From contig CM106586.1 of NCBI GenBank assembly GCA_048013815.1, forward strand, positions 744,001 to 808,000: a DNA stretch of 64,000 nt, in the 5' to 3' direction. Position numbers and translations under genes: made by a program. This DNA is from Setoptus koraiensis. Lineage: Eukaryota > Animalia > Arthropoda. Shown piece by piece: positions 48,300-62,380 of the stretch; within the stretch, counting starts at the first letter, position 1; each line of letters begins with the position of its first letter. The notes beneath the pieces were generated by a model. It saw nothing but the letters and a program-made list of their open reading frames with translations. It was not told where the DNA came from and ran no database searches.

Positions 48300-50110
48300 G
48301 TCTGTCTATGATGACCAAGCGTTTAATTGTGGTAGTGCAATTAATGTAAATAGTGATCGTGCGCTCAGTGATGTGCGTCTGACTTGTTGTAGTCTTGTTG
48401 TGTTGATGTGCATTGACCTGGCAAGCCAGTTGCTCAGTTGTGATAATATGGTCTAGTTCTGTGGTGGTCAAGCTTGCGTTTGCTAGAGACCATATGATAG
48501 TTATATTGATACTGTGTGTAGCAGTGTGCACATGCGTTGTTATAGTTTTGGGGTGTTGTAGCGAATAGTGACCCAGTCAGATTTCGATGAAACTTCACAC
48601 ATAGGGCCCGTAGGGCCCCCCGACAACAGCTTAAGTGGTCCGGAAGTGCGGAAACTTCCGGTTCCGGTTTTACAAAAACATTGAGATACAGATTTGAAAC
48701 TCACTAGATAACTCAATCTGTGCATGCGGAATACGATTATGTCTATTTCAAGTCTGTACGACTTCCGGTTCACGAGATAGTTGGTTAGAACTGCTGAGAG
48801 GGCGTTGACGGGACGAACTGTCCGCGCGCCTGAATGAATTCGTGCGCTCAGAGGCTCATGCAATTCATCACAAAAGCTGGCGCAGCCTTTTTTTGTGCCA
48901 AAAACATGTCCCCAGTTCGTTCTTCCACCTTCATTCCTGTGTGGATTGCAGTCACGTGAGCGGAGGGTAGAGGGCGAAGCCCGATACCCGAAGCGCTCAT
49001 CAACCCTACCCGAAGGGTTCCCGTCGCACGAAGTCGTCGCGGAAGCGACGACGGAGTTGTGACGGCCTCCAGAATACGAGGCCGAAGGCCGAGTCTTCGA
49101 ACTCATCAGAGGTTCACTCCTGAATCCAGCGGAGCTGAAATTCGTCCACTTCCGGTCTTCCAAGCCAAGAAATATACCTATATCTTGAGAACCGGAAGTT
49201 GCACAGATTTGAAAGTCATGCCATCGTGTTCACCATGGTCGAAAACATCGGTCTGGTGAGTTTCAGACCTCTAGCTCCAACTTAATGCTAAACCGGAACC
49301 GGAAGTTTCCGCACTTCCGGACTAACTTTTCTGGTCCATTGGGGTCAAGATGTATCCGTACCGGAAGTTTCATCAAAATCGGGGCCGGTCACTATTCGCT
49401 ACAACAACCTAGTTTTGTTGGTCGGGTTGCCTAGACTCTATGTGATTATGCTAATATGCATCTTGTTTGTTAGGAGCACGTGGTCTAGAGTGCGCATGGG
49501 TCTACATGCTAGTAATATACCTGTTGATAGCCCGTTAGCTTGGTTGTGCATATGTGTGCCTGCAAATAGATGCTTGACCGTTGTTATTGTAGTTTTATTG
49601 CATATTGGCTGGATGGTGTTGGTTGCGATGTTGCCAATAGTGTACGCTACCCTTGTAGCTCTGTTGGCTCTTGATGATTTTGGCCGATGACGGTACCCCT
49701 TTCCTAAGGCGAACTCATCGTGCAACGCTTTAAAACTAATCCAAATGCTAAAATAACCAATGCGATATCTATTAAATTGATAAAATATACCCACTGAGCG
49801 AATTACTAAGCGACTATTAATACTCCATAAGTGAGCGACCATATAATTAATAACCAGTTCATGGACCATAGTTTATCTTACTGACATACCGAGTTCGCTG
49901 CTTGGCTCGGATGGGACAGTTGTTGGAGTTAGCCTTTTGATTTGTGTTTGGCCTATTTGGCTTGCAGCAATTGATGCACTTGTGTTGGTCAGCCGGCTTG
50001 TTGCAAGAGGTTGCCTTGTGTGACCCACTGCACTGGTAGCAAACATCAGGTTTGTCAATGTCTGGGCACTTACTTGCCAAATGGTTGTACCCCTGGCAAT
50101 GATAACATTG
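48300..50110 (-). pseudogene. R1/Jockey-like LINE: gag zinc knuckles and degraded start of APE endonuclease
   Basis: CYHCQGYNHLASKC, CYQCSGSH..C, CINC..C, ..INYGP* overlapping the next ATG; APE match weak. Confidence 0.65.
48551..49409. mobile_element. GG-ended MITE, complete
   Basis: TIR TTGTAGCGAATAGTGACC; perfect TSD TAGTTTTG. Confidence 0.9.
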
Positions 50111-51069
50111 TATTTGGAGGCATATTGACGATACATAAGATCGTACCCACCCGAATGGACATCGGTTAGGGTACTAATATCTTTATACCGAAGGTAGATT
50201 GCACCTAGAAGCTCTAGAAGTCGAGTAGAAGCAGTCGAACTGAAGAGGCGTGACCGATGCGCGCGGCGCGGAGTGAAACTGCACCCGCAATTAGTCAGAC
50301 TACACACCGAGTCTCAGCGCGTGCACTATTACTATTTGCTACCAGTTGCGCGTGCCTATTCACGTGTGGACCAGATTCACGTACATCACACGATCAGGGA
50401 TATATCCCCAAACTTTTGGGATTATACCACCGGAAAAGAGTACCACAGTCGAGCAGGTTGGGCCCGGGCCGGAAGAGGGGTTCGGCCTCCAGTCGTTCAC
50501 GCCTACGGCCTGCGGCCTCCTGCGGGACGACTGACGGCCACCTAACTAAAAAAGATTCTTCCCGAGGAATGGGAGTCGAGTGGGCGGGGCCCGTGATCGG
50601 GCCGGGTTTCTTTCATTTATGGTGTGAACCCGCTTTAGAGACCATACCTAGGTGGTAGAACAGCCGAATCGCGTCAGTTTGCGAACCGGAAGTGTGACTT
50701 GCACTTATTGTAAAATCGCCAACGAGTTGATGTAAGAGATTTATCTCAACGCTATCACATGGATAGCATCTGGATCTAGACAATCATACAAAAATCTAAG
50801 GTCTGGGGCTCCTCAGAGGCCCGAAAAATGCATTTTTCCATATCTCCGGAAGTAGAAATTTCCGCACTTCCGGACCACTATATTTGTCCTCTAGGGCCCC
50901 TATGGGGCCCATGTGTGAAGTTTGGAGGAAATCGGGCTTGGTACGTGATCCGAACAACACCTATGTTCACCTCTGACATGGTGTCACATACTCGCATCCA
51001 TATTCCAACGATACTCGTCTATCCAAAAAATTAAGCGCTTGAGATACTGACAGAATCAGTATCACTTGT

Positions 51070-52598
51070 TGCTTGTGCTGTTGATGATTATCTTGCTATT
51101 ATAGAGTCCTGATGTTCTGGTGCTCTTAGCTTGACCAGCCATACGAGCTTCGAGGCCGACTATATCCTTTCTTATATTTTGGTTGTTGGCCTTTTAAGAG
51201 CTGTTAGAGATAACCGACGTACCTCTTGGTCTTGTATTAGTCTGTCTTATTTGCTCGCTTATTATTGATGCCATGCTAGGAGGTTTGTTGCCTGCTGCAT
51301 TAGTGGGCGCTCTGTTGTTGCCTATGAATACGCTCGTTAAAGCCCTATTTCGTAAATTTTTTGGGTGTAGTCCCGAAGAGCGCCACACTTCTATTGAGAT
51401 GAAACTTCACACATAGGGCCCGTCCGGAAGTGCGGAAACTTCCGGTTCCGGTTTTAATATAACTTTGAGATACAGACTCAAAACTCGGTACACCGGTAGA
51501 TTCAAGCATGCTGAGCACAACGTCATCAATTTCAGCCATGTTGGACGCGCGGTTCTCGAGATTTTTGGGAAAAACCAATAGAAAGTTGTTAAAAGTTGGG
51601 GTTGCCCTGATAAGGGCCGTTTTTGTTGGTTTTCACCTCTTGCTTGCTATTCTATGCGCATGATCTTAGCGAGTTCAGCGAACGGGTCTTTGTTCGATGG
51701 AATGCCGTCATTGGACGACCTGCCAGAAGCTATACTTGCGCAATCGGTCGGAATAACGCTGATTGATGAAATGTTGAATCTGAAGCCTGCGCATTCGATG
51801 GGATGCTGTGAAATCTTGGGCTTCACAGTTCGCAGTCTGATCATCTCTTTTGACAGGGTATGGATTGCAGTCACGTGAGCGGAGGGTAGAGGGCGCAGCC
51901 CGATACCCGAAGCGCTCATCAACCCTACCCGAAGAGTTCCCGTCGCACGGAGTCGTCGCGAGAGCGACGACGGAGATGTGACGGCCTCCAGATTACGAGG
52001 CCGCAGGCCGAGTTCTTGGACCCATCACAATCAGAGCGAAGCTAAGGTCTGTTTCTACTATTCCTTGCTGTATTGGACGCGACTTCATCGAGGTACCAAA
52101 AATTACCCCGAAAAAATACCCGCAAATCCCCAAGCGGCTGTCGGGTATCGAGAAAAGCCCATAGAGCGTTACCTCGGTTATCTTGGGAACCAAGAATTTC
52201 CGCGAATCCATCGCGGTATCAGGGTACAATACCCTACCCTAAAATACCCAAAATACCCCGAAAAAAGTGTGGCGCTCTTCGGGACTATAACCAATTTATT
52301 GGGGCTTGAGTGTCTATTTTGGCTTGTAGGCTTCTGAGGATGTCTATTACTGGGTCAATAGCTTTTTTAATTTTGGCATCAGTGCTGTTTGGATCAGATG
52401 TATCCTCATCATCAATGGTGACTACTCCATTGTTTGGCGGACGTAGGCTAGCTTCTTTGTTGAGGCGATCAATCTCCTTTATATGGCCGGCCTCATTGCT
52501 TTTCCAATGTTTTTTTTTTGTATTTTCGAGCTTCTAGTTGCTTTTGCAAGCTTATTGGTAAGGCTGTATTTATCAGCGGCTAGGCTTTCAAGCTCTTT
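51070..52598 (-). pseudogene. LINE ORF1 N-terminal coiled-coil region, interrupted by MITE 51363-52292
   Basis: Frame continuous across the TSD (QAPINLRNRALTSV); same strand, upstream of the gag knuckles. Confidence 0.5.
51363..52292. mobile_element. GG-ended MITE, near-identical to 62381-63338
   Basis: TIR TAGTCCCGAAGAGCGCCACAC; TSD AATTTTTT/AATTTATT. Confidence 0.88.
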
Positions 52599-53890
52599 TT
52601 TTAGCGCTTAATTTTAATTAAGTAGCTATTCGTGTGGTGATGATGGATACGTTTATTCACGTGAGTAGAACAAATCAGTGCAATTTTCTATCTAGGGAAA
52701 ATTAGCACAAGGAAGGCATCGGGAAGCATCTGGTAGGTTTCATCGTTTTAAATTTACCTAGTTTGTTGGTACAATGAAAGCTAGGAGGCGGAGTCATTGG
52801 AAAACAATTAAACAGTGGAAGCTGAGATGCTTACTCGTCAAAATTAGAAGCAAGGGTGCTAGCTGTTTACAAATTGGAATTAGCACTAGGGAAGCTAGAA
52901 AGGCGAGAACTAGGTAGATTTAGTACAATAGAACGCTTAAATGTTGGTTTATTAAATTTAACACAGGAACAGCTAGGAGGCAGAATCACTAGGAAACAAT
53001 GATACAGAGAAGACTGAGATGCAAACTAGGTGGATCCAGCAAAGTAGAAGGCTAGCTGTTGACAATTAGGATCTAGCGCACGGGAAGTTGGAAGTCATGA
53101 AACTAGGAAATCACAGTACAGTAGAAGCTACTCAAGTTGACAAGTATCTCGCAGCACAAGTTATGCTATGATTGATCGGACTAGGTAAAAGTCACGAATT
53201 CGAAGCTGAGATGCCTACCAGAATGATTTAGCAGAGCAAAAGGCTACTGATTAATTAGGATCAAGTGCAAGGATCGAATAACAGCTAGCTTACATTACTG
53301 GGTCGTAATCAGCACTGTGAAAGGCACATAACTCAGTCATGCTGAGTGGAAGCTGAAGATGCACATGCTCTCAGCTATCACACACTCAATTAATATTGTC
53401 ACAGGCACATAACTGTGCTGTACTGTGTGGAAGCTGAGGATGCACATGCTCTCAGCTATCACACACACATTATATAATGTCAAAGGCACATAACTCAGTC
53501 ATGTTGAGTGATAGCTGAGGATGCTCATGTTCTCAGCTATGACACACACAATTAGCACAGTAAAAGGCACATAACTTGACTGAGCTGTGTCATAGCTGAG
53601 GATGCACAATTTCTCAGCTATGATATACACAATTAGCACTGTCAAAGGCACGAAAAAATTGACATAGTGTCATTGCTGAGGATGCGGTGATTATCAGCAA
53701 TGACACGTACAATTTGTACAGTAGAAGGCATACATTTCAGTTGTACGGTATCATTGCTGAGGATTCAGAAGTTCTCAGCAATGACACGTACAAATAGCAC
53801 TGTCAAAGGCACGAAAAAATCGACATAGTGTCATTGCTGAGGATTCAGAATTTCTCAGCAATGACACGTACAATTTGTACAGTAGAAGGC

Positions 53891-54368
53891 CACAAACAAC
53901 AGCACAGACAACAGCAACACAGACCAGTGGAATGTGGACGGGCTGAGGCGCCAACTGCGCCGCCTAGTGACACAGGTGGCGGCCGATGTGAGGGGCCGTC
54001 AACAGTTGGCCGCTGGCGAGCCGAGCCGGCGCGACGCGGCCCAGTCCGATCTGGTGGTGCCGCTGGATTCGCTGCTGGCCGCCGACAGCGAGCGACAGCA
54101 GTACGCGCCCGACGCCGTGAATTATTCGAAATTCTTTCGCGAATTGGAACAAAATCAGCACAAGCTGGGCATCGAATCGTTCGGAATAGCCTGTCCCAGC
54201 ATGGAGGACGTGTTCAACAACATCAGCATGCTGTACCAGCCGCGCAAAGTTGCAAGCACTCAGGAAATTCAAGAATTTAAAGTGACACGCGGCATCGCTG
54301 ATAAGTACGTGTCGCTCGTGACCGGAAGCGGCCAACTGGGCTCCTCGTGGCGCGACCTGGATGTGTTC
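53891..54368 (+). pseudogene. Captured fragment of an ABCA-subfamily transporter (post-NBD1 regulatory region)
   Basis: YSKFFRELEQNQHKLGIESFGIACPSMEDVFNNI resembles ABCA F..LE....LGI.SYG.S.TTLEEVFL; GC-richer than surroundings; flanked by inverted repeat arms. Confidence 0.75.
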
Positions 54369-55409
54369 TACTGTACAAATTGTACGTGTCATTGCTGAGA
54401 AATTCTGAATCCTCAGCAATGACACCGTACGACTCAAATGTATGCCTTCTACTGTACAAATTAGACGTGTCATTGCTGAGAAATTCTGAATCCTCAGCAA
54501 TGACACCGTACAACTAAAATGTATGCCTTCTACTGTACAAATTGTACGTGTCATTGCTGAGAAATTCTGAATCCTCAGCAATGACACTATGTCAATTTTT
54601 TCGTGCCTTTGACAGTGCTATTTGTACGTGTCATTGCTGAGAACTACTGAATCCTCAGCAATGACACTGTGCGACTCAAATGTATGCCTTCTGTATCCAG
54701 GTTCTGATTGAAACACTAATTAGATAGTATGTTTGCAGTCAACAAAAAGCAGGGTGGGAAAATTGGAGAACGATTTTTTGTGTCTTTCCTTCCCCTCTAT
54801 TACCTTCCACTTCTCTGGAGGGAGTAAATAAGGAGCGCCATCTCGCTAAACTACACACTGGTTATTTCTACAGTAAAGTGCTATGCAAAATATATAAAAT
54901 ACAACTCTCTGTCCCGCTTTCTATTACACTCCCACTAACCTGTGCCAAGTGAGAGTTTGCTCTACTTGTTCCTCAGCAATATTTTTAGCGCTTAATTTTA
55001 ATTAAGCGCTAATGATGTAGTGATGTTGGATCCTAAACGGAGGAGGCAATCCACACACAAGCCTACAATTTTGAGTCACGCCCCCTCTTTAGCACACAGA
55101 AAGCTACAGCCTGAATGAGACTTAAGTCGCTCCACCTCCTCAGCACACAGAAAGCTACAGCCTGAATGAGACTTAAGTCGCTCCACCTCCTCAGCACACA
55201 GTAGGCTACACACTAGTTTAAGACTTAAGTCGCTCCACCTCCTCAGCACACAGTAAGCTTCAGCTTGATTGAGTCTCAATGGTTGATTGATGTTAAGGTA
55301 TATAAACATTACACATGTTAACTCTATGGAGATTTGAGTCTCTCAATTTCTTTGTTAAAGTTTCCAAGAAAAAAAGATTGAAAAATTCATTCGAAAGCCA
55401 CCAAATTCG

Positions 55410-56382
55410 GGTTGTACCATCGAATAGGAGCCACGCCCAATTTAGGTATTTTGGGTATTTTTGGGTGAGGTATAGTGCCCTGATACCCAAATGGGTATTC
55501 CGGAAGTGCGGAAATTCTTCGTTACCGAGATACCCGGGGTACCGCATTCTGGGTATTTCGGGGTATTTGAGGGCATATTGACGGTTCAATCGGCGATACC
55601 CACCTGCGCGGACATCGGGTAGGGTACTCGCGTCTCTGTGCCGAGGGTAGATGATACCCAGAAGCTCGGGAAAGAGGAAGAATGCAGTCAAACCGAAGAG
55701 GCGTGACCGTTGAGTGCGGCGCGGAGTGAAACTGCGCCCGCAGTTAGTGAGACCACCCACAGAGTCCTAGCGCGTGCAAGAAGAGAGGTCGACCCATTCG
55801 CAGCTCTGATACAGATGATGAGATTAGAATAAAGGGATATGTCCCCACTTTTCACTGATTTACTTCGTTACTCAACCTTCCATCTATACTGGACCCTCTT
55901 TCGATCTTTACCGACTCGGCCTTCGGCCTCGCGAGCTTGCCTCGCCTCGGGTTGAGGGCTTCGCCCTCAACCCTCGCTCGAACCGACAACCCCGGCCTTC
56001 GGCCGAGTAATTGTCACACATCCGGACACCAGAAACAATGCGAATGCGTGCCCGACACACGGAGAGTCGTGCGATGTTCGATAAGACTACTATCACGTAG
56101 ACCAGAAGTGGTTCATGGAGTCGAAGTTTATTATCTGGAGGTCTGGATGCTCTATGAAGCTAAATTCAACTGAACTGTAAAGACATCGTTAGGATCTATA
56201 CAATCATGTGAAAATTTTCGGTTTGAGGCCCCTGTGAGGCCCGAAAAATGCATTTTTCCATATCTCCGGAAGTAGAAATTTCCGCACTTCCGGACCACTT
56301 TATTTGTTCTTTGGGGCCCCTCCAGGGCCCAGGTGTCGAGTTTGAAGGAAATCGGGCTTGGCTCCTATTCGATGGAACACCT
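55410..56382. mobile_element. GG-ended MITE, complete, with non-matching flanks
   Basis: TIR CCATCGAATAGGAGCCA; left flank CAAATTCG, right flank GATGATTG. Confidence 0.85.
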
Positions 56383-57055
56383 GATGATTGTATTATTTTC
56401 GACAAACCTATTCCACTTACAGTAGCCAGAAGAATACTTTTACAGGCTCTTGAAGTTATGAATGATGACCCTACCACACCGAACGGATCTTCGCAACGAG
56501 TTAAAGATTCAAGATAAAGGGTCCTCGCAAGGAAGGTTTTTTCAGCTATGAATGTTCGTGGTATCAATAATATTGTTGATTGTGGAATGGTCCCTCCAAA
56601 CTCGTTGGATGATGACTCCTTCTCATTCAAATCTGATTCCGGTCAAGTCCGCAAAATCAAACTTTCTACTATGAAGATAATTGTGGGCATGGTAGAGAAG
56701 GGCAGCACAGAAAAATCTATCAAAGCGAAATATCCTTGGTATGAAAGAAATTACGCTAATCTTTTCAAACGGCAGTTGAAAAACGGGGGCAGCTACAGAC
56801 AACGTCTTTGCGATATTGACACGTTCGTCTGGCGGAAGTTCATTGAGGCTCGCCAGAATGATAAAGGCGTCCATCAATGGACTCTGCGTGCTTGGGCGAG
56901 AGAGAGATCCGCGGAGTTGAATATGACAACAGAATTCACGGCGTCCTCATGGTGGATTCACCAGTTTAAAAAGCGCCATGAGATAGTCTCGAGGAAAATA
57001 ACTCAGTATACTTCAAGAGCCAACCGAAATAAAGAGGAATTAGATATGCTCAATA
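56383..57055 (+). pseudogene. Signal-peptide pogo transposase copy 3, HTH/CENP-B part (one in-frame stop; 3' truncated)
   Basis: IIFDKPIP..; SIKAKYPWY, TLRAWA, FTASSWWIHQFKKRHEIVSRKIT homologous to 24228-25949. Confidence 0.8.
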
Positions 57056-58386
57056 TTAATAAAGGACCACTTGCATTTAGGGTCTCCAGAATTAAACTGA
57101 TCTGACATATATAAATCTAGTTTTTTGTGATCGGAAGAGCTTCCTGATCATGAATATAACAATTGCATCATCCTCTAGTTCGACGTTTGGCCACTAGGCG
57201 GCGTTGCTGTTTTTCGCTTTCGGGGCCTCTGGAGCCCTAGTATTTTGTCATAGAGACACGTTCTTGGTATCGTTGAATAGATCTCTAGAAGACGCATCTA
57301 TGAATGGTATAGTTTTTCTTCAGACTCGAGTCCGAGTCAAAAAAAAATTCGATGGAAAACTTTGGCCCCATTTTGAGGGGCCTCAGGAATGTCCGCCCAA
57401 TAATTTGACAGCTCATGAAAATGACACTGTATGAGAGCTTCAAAATTATATTTAATACAACGAAATCAAATTGAACGCCGATGACCAAAAATGAAAATAA
57501 CTACACACACCCCCACCTAAAATAAGACAGAAGGTGGATCGGGTGCTCCGTTGAATGACGGCCAAGTCCAAATTGGGTGTTTTGGGTATTGATGGGTGGG
57601 GTTTTGTACCCTGATACCCGAGTGGGTATTTCAGGGGTGCGGAAATTCTTCATCACCGTGATACCAGAGGTACCGCATTCTGGGTATTAAAGGGTATTTG
57701 AAGGCATATTGACATTAGAATTACGGTGATTTATCCCCACTCTCCACTCGTTCAGTGATTGAATGGTACTGTCTGTACTACTGACCCCTTTTACGATCGG
57801 CCTTGGGCCTCCCAAAATCTTTAGCAGTGCGCATGCGTACCTAACATAACCAACAGTGAATTTCTAACGGTTCAGGTGACGACTTTCTATAATAACAGCC
57901 AACGACTTTCTATAATAACAGTAAAGCGCCTTAAGAAGAATATCAACGAACAGGAATCACTCAAAATATATTTAATTTTATAAGCGCGGGCGACTTCAAC
58001 AGATTTGTTTATTGATTGACAGTGTCATTTACAATCGCTCTCATGAATATTGAGAGAGGTGAAGAGTGTTTCTCCCCCAAATCTGCGCACTACCGCAGCG
58101 CATTTTTTGAAACTCCACAAGAAAAACGATCCACAAGAAGCACTGAAACGATCCACAAGAAGCAGTAAACGACCCACAAGGAGCACAAGTTGCGCTCAAG
58201 CGTTGCTTGCCCTTAATGCAGGGCGAGGAAAGACTGGGACAAAATCCTACTAACGCCCTCGCCCTAGGGTATATAAAATTCTTGGAGGCACTTATTAGGA
58301 GCAAAATTCACCCTGAAGTAGCCCGTGGTTATGTCCGGGAGAATGTGGACGAGAGAGTGGTTGTTCTAACGAAGAGCGCCTCACTT

Positions 58387-61245
58387 TTTTAGCGCTTAAT
58401 TTTAATTAAGTAGCTATTGGGGTGGTTCTGGCAGATACGTTTATTCACGTGAGTAGAACAAATCAGTGCTTTTTTCAACTAGGAAAAAATAGCACGGTGA
58501 AAGCTGTACTGTGAGAAATAAACTAGATAAATTTAGAACAGTCAAAGCTTACAATGTTGATTAGTTAAATTTAGCACATAGAATGCTATGCGCGTTCACT
58601 TACTAGACGCGATTAGCACGCTCAAAGCTGAGATGCTAACTAGATGAATTTAGCACAGCAGAAGTCTAGCTGTATACAATTCGGATTTAGTACACTGGAA
58701 GCTAGAGGTGTTGGAACTAGGAGATTGTAGAACAGTAGATACTATTCAGGATAACTACTGCTTCTCAGCACTGTCAATGCTGATGTGGCTGAAACTAGAC
58801 GAGTGTAGCACGCTCAATACTGAGATGTAAAATAGATGAATTCAGCACAGCAGAAGGCTAGCTGTCTACAATTCTGATTTAGTACACTGGAAGCTAGATG
58901 CTTTGTAGCTAAGAGATTACAGTTCTTCCCTGTGTTAAAGTATCTAAACGTTAACAATGTTAACCCTATGGGAATTTGACTTTGACGATTTTGACAAAAA
59001 TTTTTTTCTTCTCTGTGTTAAAGTATCTAAACGTTAACAATGTTAACCCTATGGGAATTTGACTTTGACGATTTTGAAAAAAAAAATTTTCTTCTCTGTG
59101 TTAAAGTATCTAAACGTTAACAATGTTAACCCTATGGGAATTTGACTTTGACGATTTTGAAAAAAAAAATTTTGGGTGTTGTTCGGAAAGACGACACACT
59201 CCGATTTCGATCAAACTCAACACAGGGGCCCCAAATGGGCCCCCAAGTACAAATATGACAGTCCGGAAGTGCGGAAATTTTTACTTCCGGAGATATCGAA
59301 AAATCCATTTTTTTGGTCTCACAGATGCTTTTTACCATATATTTTGGTATAATCGTACAGTTTCCACTACGATGTACGTGATTCCATTAGATTCAATCAT
59401 ATTCGAGGACTTGATCTCGAGGAATTCACTGTTTTTTATCTAGCACTTCCGGTCCGAGGATCAACGCGAATCGGGTAGTTTGTTTGGCATAATCGTTTGT
59501 TCAAGCTTGCTTCTTGGAAGCTGGCTCGAATAAAACCCGGTCCGATCGCGGGCCCCGCCCACTCGACCCCCAGCCTACGGGAAACAATCCTTTCTCAGGA
59601 TGCGGGACGGCCCGTAGGGCCGTCACGAGGCAGGCCGTCAATCGTCTCGCCGTCGGCCGTCGGCCGAAAGCCGAAAGCCGAAAGCCGAAAGCGTGGACGG
59701 TAAGCCGGCCTATGCGGGTGGGCCAAAGGCCCACCCGCACATCGTGGCACATCCTGAGGGGCGTAGCCCCGAAGTGCGTGCTTAGAATCCCGTCGATGAT
59801 CCAGTGCCCGCATTTGCGCTCCGCGCCGCATCCATTGGTCACGCCTATTTAGTTAGACTACTTTTATTTTCCTCCTGGGGCTGTTAGGTAGAATCTAGCC
59901 TCTATAATCGACCATCAGTACCACAGCGTATGTGGATGCGGGAGGGTACGGCTGCCCGTACCCCAAATATGCCCACAAAAATACCCTGAAATACCCACAA
60001 TGCGGCACCTCGGGTATCTCGGGAACGAAGGATTTCCGCACTTCCGGAATACCTTTTCCGGTCTCAAGGCATCATACTCTACCCAAAAATACCCGAAATA
60101 CCCAAATTGGGGTGTGTCGTCTTTCCGAACAAGCCCCAAAATTTTCTTCTCTGTGTTAAAGTATCTAAACGTTAACAATGTTAACCCTATGGGAATTTGA
60201 CTTTGACGATTTTGAAAAAAAAATTTTTCTTCCCTGTGTTAAAGTATCTAAACGTTAACAATGTTAACCCTATGGGAATTTGACTTTGACGTTTTTGACA
60301 AAAATTTTTCGTTCCCTGTGTTGAAGTATCTAAACGTTAACAATGTTAACTCTATGGAGATTTGACAGAGTTCGATGGTCATAATTCGAAGTTCGCTGGT
60401 GACAATTCGAAGTTCGCTGGTGACAATTCGAAGTTCGATGGTCACATTTCGAAATTCGAAATTGAAAATTCGAATTTCTGATGACAGTTCCATCTGCCCG
60501 TTCGAAGTTCGGTGGTCACATTTCGAACTTCGAAATTCGAAATTGAAAATTCGAATTTCCGATACGAGTTCCAGGTGCTTGTACAGAGTTCGATGGTGAC
60601 AATTCGAAGTTCGCTGGTGACAATTCGAAGTTCGATGGTCACAATTCGAACTTCGAAATTCGAAATTGAAAATTCGATTTTCTGAAATGAGTTTCATTTG
60701 CTTTGTCGAAGTTCGATGGTCAGGGTTCGGTGGTCAGAGTTCGATGGTCACAATTCGAACTTCGGTGGTAACAATTCGAAGTTCGATGGTCAAAATTCGA
60801 AGTTCGAAATTCGAAATTGAAAATTCGATTTTCTAATGACAGTTCCATCTGCTCGTTCGATGTTCGGTAGTCAGTGTTCGATGGTCAGTGTTCGATGGTC
60901 AATGTTCGATGGTCACATTTCGAACTTCGAAATTCGAATTTGATGCACCATAACAAAGTGTGTGCCATTGACTAATTGGTTTGTCTAACTAAATTACTCA
61001 TTGTGGCGAAATTCACCATAAGAATCTTACTAAATTCCGTACGCAAGCAATCCACATGTGTATCATGCTGCGATAGAAATTTGGAGAACTTGTATTCATT
61101 CTGTCATCTTTTCGGCTACTCTGATCTGACAGGCATGGATGTTCATTTCCGACATGTTGTCACATACTCGCATCTTTATTCCAACTATACTCATCTATCC
61201 AAAAAATTAAGCGCTCGAAATACTGATTTGATCAGTATTACTTGT
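58387..61245 (+). mobile_element. HINE, complete, with ~80-bp tandem repeats, TCGAA satellite and nested MITE
   Basis: Both diagnostic ends present; inserted in a T-run of the MITE. Confidence 0.85.
59174..60137. mobile_element. GG-ended MITE, complete
   Basis: TIR TTGTTCGGAAAGACGACACAC; perfect TSD AAAATTTT. Confidence 0.9.
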
Positions 61246-62380
61246 TTGGGGTATTTTGGGTATTTTCGGGTAAGGTATTGTGCCCTGATACCCGAATGGG
61301 TAGTTCGGAAGTGCGGAAATTCCTCGTTCCGGAAATAACCGAGGTACCGCTCAGAAGGCGTTTCACGCTACCCGACAGCCGCTTGGGGATTCGCGGGTAT
61401 CTTTTCAGGGTTATTTTCGGTACCTCGGTAGAATCGCATTCAATCCAGCAAGGAATGGCAGAAATAGGCCTTAGCTTCGCTCTGCTTGTGATAGGTATGA
61501 GAACTCGGCCTGCGGCCTCGTAATTTGGAGGCCGTCACATCTCCGTCGTCGCTCCCGCGACGACTGCGTGCGACGGGAACCCTTCGGGTAGAGTTGATGA
61601 GCGCTTCGGGTATCGGGCTTCGCCCTCTACCCTCCGCTCACGTTACTGCAATCCATACACCAACACAAGAGATGATAAGAATTCGAGCTTGACAGCATAC
61701 CATCGATTGCGCAGGTGTCAGATTAGACATTTCACCAATTGACGTTATTCCAATCAATTGCGCAAGTACCATATCTAACAGCATGTCTCATGACGGCATT
61801 CCATCGATTGCGCACGTGCCAGATTTGATCAAGCGCATTGAATGAGAGCGACACGCTGAGGAGATCACCCCATGATGAAACGTCCCTTATCAGGGCCAAC
61901 CCGAACTTTTTCCCACTCTAACCCGGTTTTCCTTGCATATCTCACGAACCGGAAATCGCACAGATCCTAAATTGGCAGCATTGTGCTCTGCGTGTCTGGC
62001 TGGATCTAGCTGGATATCAAGTTTCATGCTTGTATCTTGAAGTTTCTGTAAAACCGGAAGTTTCCGCACTTCCAGACTACTCAAAGCATTGTCAGGGGGC
62101 CCTACGGGCCCTTTGTGTGGAGTTTCATCCAAATCAAAGTGTGGCGCTCTTCGCTAGAACACCCGAGAGAGTTAATCCGTCATGCTATGACTTTAACGAT
62201 ATAGCCCGGCGGATTTTAGAGGCGCATCCGGTGTTGACACTCACGCTACGCGTGTTATACAACGGGTTAGTGACATATTTGCACTACATTGTAGCAACTT
62301 GTTAGCGGTCTAGCGACCGCTAACAAGTTGATTTCAAAATTGCCGCTCTGTTTGTGCGCAGATTTGGGGGAGAAACATTC

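Larger units (their letters stand above)
58359..62164. mobile_element. GG-ended MITE containing a HINE
   Basis: TIR TTCTA(A/G)CGAAGAGCGCC; perfect TSD GAGAGAGT. Confidence 0.88.

Noticed and set aside
53330-54670. Hairpin repeats with linkers resembling a CRISPR array (also 40190-40470)
   Set aside because: Linkers are themselves repeated, the context is eukaryotic and no cas genes are present; it is a tandem repeat
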